This document shows positions 1-9,800 of a stretch of DNA of 64,000 bases, one piece after another. Below the pieces are notes generated by a model that did no database searches, had not been told where the DNA came from, and saw only the letters and a program-made list of their open reading frames with translations. The DNA lies in contig JAHPZH010000003.1 of the NCBI GenBank assembly GCA_019058315.1, positions 748,451-812,450 of the forward strand, written 5' to 3'. The stretch is from Candidatus Helarchaeota archaeon. GTDB taxonomy: Archaea > Asgardarchaeota > Lokiarchaeia > Helarchaeales > RDOG01. Within the stretch, counting starts at the first letter, position 1, and every line of letters starts with the position of its first letter. Both the position numbers and the translations under genes were made by a program.

Positions 1-1
1 G

Positions 2-826
2 AGCGGTCTTGCTTCAATACCGCTTACTACTGAAGGGATATTGGATGAACAATTTGAACATTGGGATGTGGTGAAAGAACGGGCTACACCCAGTTATGTT
101 AAAGAGGATATTATTAACAATCCGAATTTTTATCAACAAAGTCCTGACATGATTACCAAACAAGATTTAACAGTATTTTTTGAACAATTGGCACCAGCTA
201 TTTCCGTGCTGTTTAGATTCGGTCCTAAAAAAGCTTGTTTGCTGACACCAAAGGAACATTTTTACTGGAAGCGGAAATATGTTCGAAAATTCGGGCATTA
301 CATCCAGCTGTATCGCCATGGAATGAATTATTTCGCCCAAAAACTGCAATTTTTAATCTCCCCAATCGGTGCGGAAATTGCAGAAATCAACAGAATGAAG
401 AAAAAAATACCAGAACTTCAGGAACATTATCAACATGAATTTATTAATTGTAAAGATCAGACCACATTTAAGCATCTACAAGAACTTATGGAGACGAGGT
501 ATAAGTTTATAGAACATCAAGTTTTTAAAAGGAAATCAATAATACGGGATATCTATTTCTCCACCATATTTTCCTTGTATTTGAAACAAGACCAGAGGGC
601 GAAGTTGACAGAGCTTTTAAGGGAATGGATATTCCATGCTATTGACAATTGCGAAACGAGGGTGCAATTACAAGTTAAGTTGGACAAATTAATAATAGAT
701 TTTTGTGATTATTATTCATGTCAATCTCATTTTTTAAAGAATAATGTTGAAAAACTGTTTACTAATCGTGAACAAAGATCTAATGGTTTATTCAAATTAG
801 CTAGTGAATTAAGAGTTGGATCATAA
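2..826 (+). CDS. Hypothetical protein, 5'-truncated by the window edge (possibly the C-terminal part of an AEP primase-like protein)
   Basis: The frame is open from base 2 (SGLASIPLTTEGILDEQF...), so the TTG at 41 is probably internal. SGLASIP resembles the (T/S)GLxxxP end-motif of archaeo-eukaryotic primases, which is weak evidence. Confidence 0.55.
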   Translation, partial: SGLASIPLTTEGILDEQFEHWDVVKERATPSYVKEDIINNPNFYQQSPDMITKQDLTVFFEQLAPAISVLFRFGPKKACLLTPKEHFYWKRKYVRKFGHYIQLYRHGMNYFAQKLQFLISPIGAEIAEINRMKKKIPELQEHYQHEFINCKDQTTFKHLQELMETRYKFIEHQVFKRKSIIRDIYFSTIFSLYLKQDQRAKLTELLREWIFHAIDNCETRVQLQVKLDKLIIDFCDYYSCQSHFLKNNVEKLFTNREQRSNGLFKLASELRVGS

Positions 827-934
827 AGCTTTTATTTATGAATTATTAAGAAAAATTTATTGGCATAAGTGGATTTATTGTTTGTAGTCTTATGAAATAG
901 GAAATATTTTAGAATTGGAGTTACTCTTCTTAAA

Positions 935-2203
935 TTAGGATTTTTTATCATTTATCCCAAATTTTTTTATAAGATCATTTAGAAAAATGAGATCCCTGTT
1001 AGATGTTTTATAATCTCGAATAGGATGCTTCATTTTATTTCTTAACTCATTAAATTCTTGAATTTTTTCTAAGAAAATCTTCCTATTAGACTTTAGCAAG
1101 GGGAATTTCGTTTGAAAAATTCCCCAATTAGCTTTAAAAATCTCTTTTAAATGAATAATAGTTGTATAATCAAAAGGATGACCTATACATTTTCTCTCTT
1201 CATATAAAATGGATAATTTCTTTCTAATATTTAAAGGAATTCCCTCAACCCACCATTCATTTTCATTTTTGAACTTTTCTTTTAATGTATTTTTAATCAA
1301 ATTATACAAATATTTTTCAATTTCATCAATTTTTAAATTTATTTTAATTGATAAATCATCAATTAAATCAGCTTTTTCGTTATATTTTGTAATGATTTTT
1401 GAGAAATTTTTATAATTAAATTGAATTCTATTAATTGAAACATCAAAATCCCTATTTTCTAAAAATTTTATAAATTCTTCTAATTCCCCTAAATCCCTTT
1501 GAGTGTTTTTGAAAAATTTTGGCATAAATATCCAATTACTACCTGGTATATTTACTCCTAAGCTAAAATATATAAAATTTGATTCATCTTTCTCATGTTC
1601 CACAATTAAAACTAAAGGAATTCTAGTAAGTAAATACACTTTATCCTCCCAAGTTTTTACTCTTAAAAGATTTTTAAAGAAATTTAAATTTGCATGGATA
1701 TAAGTTATTTTCATAGGTAATACAATGAACATACCCCCAACTAATCCTAAATTCCACTTTAATTGATCAGAATAACAATCTTCTATATCTTTTTTTAAAT
1801 CCGACCAAAGGTCTCTTAAAATTTTAACATAATTTTTTTCTATGTCCTGAAGTTTTGATGTTTTATAACTTATTTTCGCACTATTTACATAATTTATCAA
1901 ATTTTCTTTTATACGTTTAATAGTAAATACTATTTCGAATTGATAATAATCCCTTTCTTCATATGGTTCCTCTAATCGCGGATATATGTCAATCTTGTAT
2001 TCACTGTTACAAAAAACTAATACTTTAAAGGAATATGGGAGGTACATGTCAATCTCATCATCCTCATCATCCCTAATTATCTCTTCTACCTTTTCTAAAA
2101 AAGTATCATCTTTAAATTTTTTTTGTAAAAATGGTTTAATCTGTTTTTTATAAAGATCCTCTAGCTCTATTTGTATTTTATCAATTAATTCTTGCAAACT
2201 CAA
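935..2203 (-). CDS. Protein with C-terminal Swt1-like HEPN (putative RNase) domain
   Basis: C-terminus WWVEGIP..IRKK..PFDYTTIIHLKEIF..NWGIF..NELRNKMKH contains the HEPN RxxxxH motif. Confidence 0.8.
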   Translation of the reverse strand: MSLQELIDKIQIELEDLYKKQIKPFLQKKFKDDTFLEKVEEIIRDDEDDEIDMYLPYSFKVLVFCNSEYKIDIYPRLEEPYEERDYYQFEIVFTIKRIKENLINYVNSAKISYKTSKLQDIEKNYVKILRDLWSDLKKDIEDCYSDQLKWNLGLVGGMFIVLPMKITYIHANLNFFKNLLRVKTWEDKVYLLTRIPLVLIVEHEKDESNFIYFSLGVNIPGSNWIFMPKFFKNTQRDLGELEEFIKFLENRDFDVSINRIQFNYKNFSKIITKYNEKADLIDDLSIKINLKIDEIEKYLYNLIKNTLKEKFKNENEWWVEGIPLNIRKKLSILYEERKCIGHPFDYTTIIHLKEIFKANWGIFQTKFPLLKSNRKIFLEKIQEFNELRNKMKHPIRDYKTSNRDLIFLNDLIKKFGINDKKS

Positions 2204-2372
2204 TCTATATCATCTAATTTACTGTTCAAATAGGAGTAAGTTATAAAATTTTATTCCCTAACTCATTTAATATTCCGTTTATTTTATATAAATTTGTCTA
2301 TCGAATGTGTAGTTCGATGTAATAGAGATTTGAAAATATAATTTTCACTCCTAAAAAATTGTACCCCAGTCA

Positions 2373-2520
2373 CGAGATAGAGAGTTTTTTAAGCCTTTAA
2401 TCGAAAGAATCCAAGCAAATTTTCATAAAGAATTATTTTTTACATATTAAAGAAGAAGAAAAAAATTCGTCTAGAGTTGAGAAAATTGAAAGAATATCAG
2501 TTAAAGATTTATATTTTATA
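2373..2520 (+). pseudogene. Possible decayed fragment (middle part) of a paralogue of the 2-826 ORF
   Basis: Frameshifted translations RDREFFKPLIERIQANF and KIERISVKDLYF weakly resemble KDQTTFKHLQELMETRY and KRKSIIRDIYF of ORF 2-826. Confidence 0.35.
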
Positions 2521-2591
2521 CAACACATCTCATAAAAAACCTATTAAATTTTTATAAGTTAAGAATTTCATAACTATTGTAGGGAAAAAAT

Positions 2592-5500
2592 TTGAAAAAG
2601 GAACAAAATAACCTTAAGAACACAATCTCATTTTATGGTTATTCACAACTCCTTCAAAATTATAATGGTTTCATCAAAAATTTAATAATCGAAGGTAATT
2701 GGGCGAAATTAATCAATATTTTAAAGGATTCCCCTTTCATTTTTTCAAATTTTTCAGATTTAATCATAAATACTCTAAGAAATAAGAAGTACGAACCAAT
2801 TGAAGATAATAAAATCTTTCATATTACTTATGTCTTTTTATTACATTTATTAAAGAGTAAAGCAATTTCAATTAAGGAAAATGATGAAAACTTGTTTTTT
2901 GAATTTCTGAAAGAATGTTTAGCTGAAATAAATTTTAATGACCAACATTTGGATTTATTTATTCAAGTATTTGGAAATTTTATTATTCAAAAAGATTTTA
3001 AGAGCGTCTTGAAGAATCAGAATGCCTTAAACAAGTTGGTCATAATATGGTCAAATCATTTAATTAACCATTTTCCGAAATTGGTTGAAATAAAGCAGTT
3101 CTCACTTGCCTACTCATTAATTAAAAGCAATCCTGTAATTGTAAAAACATATCCTAGTCTTTCACTTGAGGTTATAAAACAATCTGCATATCAATTTAGT
3201 GAAACAAAAAAAATCCGTATGACTTTAGAGCAACATAATCCTGACTTAGTAGATCAGTTTGAGAAAATACGAGATACAAAAAAACAAGAATTTTGTAAAA
3301 ATTTATCAAAATGTGAAAAATTTAACTCTCATTTTGAATGGTTTAAGATTCATAATAATTCGAATTATTTCTCTGCTAACACAGACCTATTTTCTGATTC
3401 AGAAATTATTAAAATTATTAAAAAATTGGTTAGTCTTAATATACCTCTGAATTATCAAGATTCTGTAAATTGTGGTTGGATAAATTGGATATTGTTAGAA
3501 ATTGTTTGGAAGGATAAAGGATATAATTTAAAAAACTATATTGAAGAATTAATAAATTTACAATACTATCAAGTTGTTACAAGCTATTTTAATAAATATC
3601 CACAAGAAATAAATAATCACTCTATGGATATTCTCTCTAAAATACGCTCAAACGATTTATTAGAGTTAATAGAGAACTATTTTCAATTTTTCAATATTGA
3701 AAATCCTGAAAAATTATTTGAGATAATCATACAAAATGAAGATATAGGAAATGCTTTTTCAAAATTGGTTAGAAAATTTCAAGATAAAAAAGATAAATTC
3801 ATTGAACTTATAAAATCACACATTGATAAATTTGATTTAACAAAATCATATGAAGAAAATTTTGATATATATAGAATTGTTGATGTTCTTGTTTCAGATG
3901 CTTGGAGACCGCTACCCAAACCCGAATTTCCACCAACTTATATTGAAGAGAAACTGACTCAGTACCTTTCTAACGTTAAAAACGCCGATTTTTTTAATAC
4001 AAGTAGTAGCTTATCCCTCACAAGAAATTTTCATTTATTTACGCCAGAATTTCAAAAAAGAATTGTAGAATTATCTTCCAAAATGCACCGATTTTCTTTT
4101 TTCATAGCGTTAGCCAAGAATAATTTGAGATCATTTATGAAATTATTTGATGACATTATCAATTTGGAGCCTAAAGATGAAGTAGATTTGAGAATGTACA
4201 TTTATATCCTAAAATTATATATTACAAATGCCAAGAAACAAGATATAATTAATAAAATTGTTGATAGACTCCAAAAATTGGAGAACAATTATGAAAAAGC
4301 ACAACTCCTATCATATTTAGGAAATAAGACCCAATCTCTCCAAATTTTAGGCGAATTACTAGAAAAAGAAGAATATTTTCTTCAGTTGCTTTTTATTTAT
4401 GCAGATTACATTTTAGAATATATTAGAGTGAATATTGAAGGATTAAATCGTATTGATATTGAAGAACACATCGAAAATATCATGTCATTGAAAAATGAAT
4501 ATCATAAACATAATTTAAGACGAGATAGAAGCATCAAATTCAATTTTAAAATAGAATTCCAAATTGGTTATTTAAAATTTTTACTTGGTCAATCTTTTTT
4601 TTCTGAATCTGATTTTAACGAAGCATATAAACAATTTAAAGAATCTGAGGAAATTTTCTATGAACTTAAAAATGTCAAGCCCCTTCCAGAAGAAGAAAAA
4701 GAAGAATTAGAGATGTATTTTCAAGTAGTGAGGAATTTCAAACTTCTTACAAAACAAATTCCTTCTGATAGGGCTGTTGATATAGAAGCGATTAATCTAA
4801 ATTTAAAAAAGAAAATTTCTATGATAGAGAAAAAATTCAAGGTTGAAAATTTAAAAATTACCAGATTTTTAAAAAATTTGAAGCACTTTCAAATAGATTC
4901 AGAAAACAATATGAAATTAGTAATTTTTGAAAGACCTGCTACTTTTTGTCCGCTCCCTAAAAGAATTAAAATTTCAAAATTATGTTTAATACAGAATGAA
5001 TTGGAGGGAGTCCCTGATATCGTATATCAATGGGATTCTCATAATAATTCAATTTTCCCATATAGTGAGATTTTTATTGACAATATTTGGAAAACTTATC
5101 AGCTAACTATTGAATATCAAGAAAAAATAGACCCTCTAGACTTTAATATTGAATTTAAAAAATCCAAAATTATCAAGGATGAAAAAGAACCAATCAAAGG
5201 AAGTAAAGATAAATTAATTATTAATTTCGATATTATTGCTAAAGAAGAATTTGAAGCAATAAAGAAAATTGAAATCAAAATTCAGGAATCTCACCTTTGT
5301 GAAGTCCAAAGTATATTGATTCTACCTGTCATTTATAAATCTAAAGAATACCATGAAGATAAAAAAATAGAGCATCAGATTCTAAAAGAAGTATCAGAGC
5401 GTATTAAGATTTATCGCCAAAAAAATTATGAAATATCTGATTATATGTTGTATTTAGAGCAATTCAAAAATGAATCATTACGTAAATGTATGGTAAAACA

Positions 5501-6203
5501 TATCTTGAAAAGAGTCAAAGATAATTTCTATACGATGAAAGAAGTTGGAGAGTTATTAAACGAAGAAATTAATAGAATTCTCCCAAGTAAAGAAATTGAG
5601 ACCTATTTTGGAGTCTTTAATGACTCATGGAACAAGAGTCAGGAGTTTTGGAGTTATTATATTAAAAAAAATAATCTTACTAGAGAAGGAATAGAAATTA
5701 AATATATGAAAACTATTTTAAAAAATTTGAAAAATGGGAAACTTAAAAGAAATTCTGTAATTTTTTTAATTGATGATGTAATTGGGACTGGAACTCAATT
5801 TTTGAAATTGTATAGTAAGCTTTTCAATAAGGAAATTGAGAAAAAAATACATGAGAATAATATAAAGATATATCTTGTTTCAGTTTTTGGATCGTATGAA
5901 TCAAGGAAAAAAATCTCTAATTCAACAATAATAGGTATAGATCAAATCAGATATTCAAGGGTGATTAGGGATCAAGATAAAGCCTTTTCATTAGATGAGT
6001 GGCATAATAGAGTAGAATTACGAAATTTCCAAAATTACCTAAAAAAACTCGACCCAGAAGATTGGAGCGGCTGGAAGCCTGAGGATGGAGAAAATGGTCC
6101 AGAATTTTTATTAGTTTTCGATTGGAATACTCCAAATAGTACTATAAGCTGTATATGGAAGAATAGCGAAAATTGGAATGCATTATTTCCAAGATCTCAT
6201 TGA
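2592..6203 (+). CDS. Large helical-repeat/TPR protein with C-terminal PRTase-CE-type phosphoribosyltransferase domain
   Basis: PRPP-binding loop VIFLIDDVIGTGTQ and terminal F-x-x-NTPN..IW..W.ALFPR are typical of PRTase-CE. TPR-like segment LGQSFFSESDFNEAYKQFKESEEIF; N-terminal 700 aa are alpha-helical. Confidence 0.75.
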   Translation: MKKEQNNLKNTISFYGYSQLLQNYNGFIKNLIIEGNWAKLINILKDSPFIFSNFSDLIINTLRNKKYEPIEDNKIFHITYVFLLHLLKSKAISIKENDENLFFEFLKECLAEINFNDQHLDLFIQVFGNFIIQKDFKSVLKNQNALNKLVIIWSNHLINHFPKLVEIKQFSLAYSLIKSNPVIVKTYPSLSLEVIKQSAYQFSETKKIRMTLEQHNPDLVDQFEKIRDTKKQEFCKNLSKCEKFNSHFEWFKIHNNSNYFSANTDLFSDSEIIKIIKKLVSLNIPLNYQDSVNCGWINWILLEIVWKDKGYNLKNYIEELINLQYYQVVTSYFNKYPQEINNHSMDILSKIRSNDLLELIENYFQFFNIENPEKLFEIIIQNEDIGNAFSKLVRKFQDKKDKFIELIKSHIDKFDLTKSYEENFDIYRIVDVLVSDAWRPLPKPEFPPTYIEEKLTQYLSNVKNADFFNTSSSLSLTRNFHLFTPEFQKRIVELSSKMHRFSFFIALAKNNLRSFMKLFDDIINLEPKDEVDLRMYIYILKLYITNAKKQDIINKIVDRLQKLENNYEKAQLLSYLGNKTQSLQILGELLEKEEYFLQLLFIYADYILEYIRVNIEGLNRIDIEEHIENIMSLKNEYHKHNLRRDRSIKFNFKIEFQIGYLKFLLGQSFFSESDFNEAYKQFKESEEIFYELKNVKPLPEEEKEELEMYFQVVRNFKLLTKQIPSDRAVDIEAINLNLKKKISMIEKKFKVENLKITRFLKNLKHFQIDSENNMKLVIFERPATFCPLPKRIKISKLCLIQNELEGVPDIVYQWDSHNNSIFPYSEIFIDNIWKTYQLTIEYQEKIDPLDFNIEFKKSKIIKDEKEPIKGSKDKLIINFDIIAKEEFEAIKKIEIKIQESHLCEVQSILILPVIYKSKEYHEDKKIEHQILKEVSERIKIYRQKNYEISDYMLYLEQFKNESLRKCMVKHILKRVKDNFYTMKEVGELLNEEINRILPSKEIETYFGVFNDSWNKSQEFWSYYIKKNNLTREGIEIKYMKTILKNLKNGKLKRNSVIFLIDDVIGTGTQFLKLYSKLFNKEIEKKIHENNIKIYLVSVFGSYESRKKISNSTIIGIDQIRYSRVIRDQDKAFSLDEWHNRVELRNFQNYLKKLDPEDWSGWKPEDGENGPEFLLVFDWNTPNSTISCIWKNSENWNALFPRSH

Positions 6204-6264
6204 ATTTTCAATGAATAATTTATTCTAATTCCAAGAAAAATAAAGGATTCGATGGAGTGAGTAA

Positions 6265-6506
6265 TATTTACAAATCAAATTCGTGAGACTATCATTCCTA
6301 AAATTGGGTGATGTAAATTAAAAAAAGTAAATTGTTTAAATCTCAACTTCAAGTTACGCAAATACTAGATAATTATTCAATTTTGTGATTATTATTCCTC
6401 TAATTCGAATTTTCTAAAAAATAATGTTAGTTGGTTATTTAACAAACCTAATTCTAGATTTGATGGATTATTTCAATTAGCTAGTGAATTAAAACTGATA
6501 AATTAA
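6265..6506 (+). pseudogene. Decayed 3' fragment of a paralogue of the 2-826 ORF
   Basis: Translates as FTNQIRETIIPKIG*C / QLQV / QFCDYYSSNSNFLKNNVSWLFNKPNSRFDGLFQLASELKLIN*, versus LTELLREWIFHAIDNC / QLQV / DFCDYYSCQSHFLKNNVEKLFTNREQRSNGLFKLASELRVGS*. Shared nucleotide blocks: ttttgtgattattattc and aattagctagtgaattaa. Confidence 0.85.
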
Positions 6507-6549
6507 AATATCTATTTAACATGTCAAAATAATCTAGAAGATTAATTAG

Positions 6550-6651
6550 ATTTATCATAAACTTGATACGGATGGGGATTTGTTAATAGATGATATGGAT
6601 ATATCTCCTAATAATTTCTCGGACAGAAGTTTTAAATATTATAAAATTTAA
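6550..6651 (+). pseudogene. Possible remnant of a thrombospondin-type-3-like Ca-binding repeat
   Basis: Short open frame containing DTDGDLLIDDMDISPNN, with no start codon upstream of the motif. Confidence 0.35.
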
Positions 6652-6672
6652 TAATTTCTAGACGTCATCCTT

Positions 6673-6730
6673 TAATGGAGGTTTACTTGTCCTTCACATA
6701 TAAGTGTCGCCCCGACAAGTACCCCTCTTA
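6673..6730. other. GC-richer stem-loop element in the intergenic region
   Basis: gagg(6678-81)/cctc(6724-27) and tacttgtc(6684-91)/gacaagta(6714-21) pair, with an inner cac/gtg hairpin. Confidence 0.6.
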
Positions 6731-6800
6731 ATTAAAAAGTTAAAAAGCTGAAATTAAATTTAAAATAATCTTAATAACACGAATTTTTATTTTAAGGACA

Positions 6801-9800
6801 TTAAATTGCAAACGGCAAATTTAAAAGATCCCAAATAATCGTTTTATCTTCCCTATCATATATTATTGTATCTAATTTAGTGAAAACAGTGTGGCGGATC
6901 TTGTCCGTAATGGTCTCGTCCTCCACTATTTTCACTAAGAGGTCGAAAAGCACTTCCTTATCCACATCATCACAACATAGTGTGGATTTTATAAATTCAC
7001 ATATGTATTCTATAGTATCTTCTGATTTAACTGTTTTAACAAGGTTAAAGAATTTGTCATTTATTTCCTCCCATTTCAATTGTATATTGCTTAAAGTTCT
7101 ATAATATTCTTTTTGAAAAATATCATCAGTATCTTGAGCAAAATTCCAGATTATATGTCCTATCTTAATTTTTCTACTTAATTTAAGCAATGGAAAATAA
7201 ATTAGTGGATTTAGATCTTGTAATAAAATTGATACTAATTTGGAAGATTCTAGATTATCACCTTCTAAGAAATTTAACATAATCTCAAAAAATATATTTG
7301 AAACAATTTTGTTTAAAGGGTGGGTTAAATAAAATACAGATTTATTTTTTTTGTACTCAGTAATCAACCCATTATAAATCTGAGATAAATGGGTTTGTTC
7401 AATGACTCCAAGTGATAAAGCAATAAATAAAAATCTACCCATGTGAAATATATTAACCCTTTCTGGAAAAATATCCAATATTTTTTCAAATAAATTTTTA
7501 AATCTAGTTTTTAATTTAGCAGAATCATCTGAAAGTCTCTCAAAATAAAAAATAACATTCTCAGATAGTATGATTTGACTTTTAGAATGTTTAATCTCAT
7601 TCTCAATAATATCAAAAATTAGATTTGTTGTTTCCAAATTACTCTTAAATGTAATATTTGGGGATAAGTAATAATGAACAGCTGAAAAATTATGTTCTTC
7701 AAACCATTTATTTATCTTTAAAATAGAATTTAGATTAGAAAAATCTTTCATTAAAGGTGTGCAATCATATGTTAACCAAATTTTAAATTTCAATGGGTCT
7801 ATTTCTTTATTGATAATCCCTGACTCGATTAAATTATTTAATTCTTGAATATCCTCTTGAAATTTCCCAACATCCCTATATTTTTCAATTAAATTTTTTA
7901 AATCTTTATGTAAATTTTTTACATCCTCAACATTTACAAAAAATCCAAAAAGATATCTTATTTCTTCATTAAAAAATGAAAATTCCAGTGTTTCATAAAA
8001 TTTCGATAATTTTTGAAAAAGTTCTTCGTCGGTTGGATTGATCATCAATTCAAAGATGTTAACTAGATACTTTATTACGCTATTAGAATCGTTTGAATAA
8101 AAATCAATAAATTTTTCAATAAGATTTTGTTCTTGGTCAATTAATTTTTTAATTTCTGGATAAATTATATATGGTATTAATATTCTATAATGTTTAAAAT
8201 TTCTAAATCCACGAAATATAATTACTGCCTTATTAAGTAAATAAATAAGGTGTACAACACTCCAAAGCAAGAGATTTTTTTTCAAGTTTTGATTATTCTT
8301 TACTTTTTCTTTTAAATATCTCCTTAAATCGTCATATTCTTCAATCGACCATCTTTTAGTTAGGTAAGACCCCTTAATTAAATTCAAAACTATTAATAAA
8401 TATCCGTTAATAGAAATACCAGTGTCAATATAATACTTGACATTGAGAATTGAAAGATTTATTTGCGATGCAACTTTTTCTAATCCAATATTTATGATTG
8501 AATTTTCTAAAAATTCTATTACCCACTTTTCATTTATATTATTTAAAATACCATTTTTAAGTGTTATAAACATTAAGTTCTTTAATTCTGAGTTCTGCCT
8601 TATTACTTCTAATATTTTTTCATCGAATCCAAACATATGAATATAAAATTCAATTAATCTAGATAATATAATCCCTTTATTTGATTCTATTTGTCTGTCT
8701 AACCAATCCTTAATAATTTGCCTATTTTCAAAATTTTTAAATGCTTCAGAAACCCACTTTATATCCCAATAAGGTATTTTCATATGGAGTAAAGATAATC
8801 CATATTCAATTACCTCTTTTTCAATAATAGAATTTTCAAATATTTTATCTCCTATCATACTAATGATTATTATTGTTCCCCTTCTTAATATATAATCAAA
8901 GTCTGTATCATCAATTTTCTTACAAATTTCAAATATTTTACCAATTTTATCAGGAAATTTTCTATTAATCCTCCCTGCTAGAAAAAAGGCAACGTTCATC
9001 CAATGTCTTTTTAACACAATTCCTTCAAATCTGTTGAAAATTTCATTTTCATTTCTTTTTATATCGCATAAATAAGCTGCTGCCAAAAATTCTCTAATTA
9101 CTGATATTGTAAAACCAAACTTTTCTGCTTTTGGACTCTCAATTAAGACTAATCGCTCACATGATTCTATAAATATCCGTTCCACTAATTCTTGCAAATC
9201 CTCTTCTCTTATTTTGTCTTCTTTTAAAACAAGATAGTAGTAACGGCAATATTTTTTAATTTGCTCTTTAAATTCTTCACTTCCCATAAGAGCAGACGAG
9301 CTTTGTTCTTCCATTCTTTTATGTAAAATAAATCCAAGGTATTTATGAAAACCTAAAATCAGTTCTTTATCTGTTGTTAATAAGAAAGACCGCAACTCTT
9401 TTTCGCGATCATAGACAGCATCAAGATAACGTTGATATAATTCTTCACGACGGGCTGGTGGCGAACCTTCTTTCAAGATAATAATTAATAAAATTGAAGT
9501 TTGATAAGGATTTTTAATAAGTAGATTTACGTTCTTATTTTTTAGACACTCTTCAAATTTTTCTTGTATTCTACTAATTTCCTCTGAATTTAATTTTAAT
9601 GCTCTAATCCATCTTCCTAAAAATTTTCTGGCTTTTTTTTCATCAAAAGGTTTTATTTCTAATTGAACTAAATTTAAAAAATTTAATTCTTCTGAGTAAC
9701 TATGAGGTCTAGAACTAAAAATAATTCTTAGATCACCATTTAATTGATTCCTTATAATATCAATAAAATTTCTGATATTTTCAAAAGTTTTCTCTCTTAA

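Noticed and set aside
6673-6730. Stem-loop as a SECIS or self-cleaving ribozyme
   Set aside because: The upper stem is too short for a SECIS core, the NACHT gene has no in-frame TGA, and no hammerhead CUGANGA/GAAA core is present.
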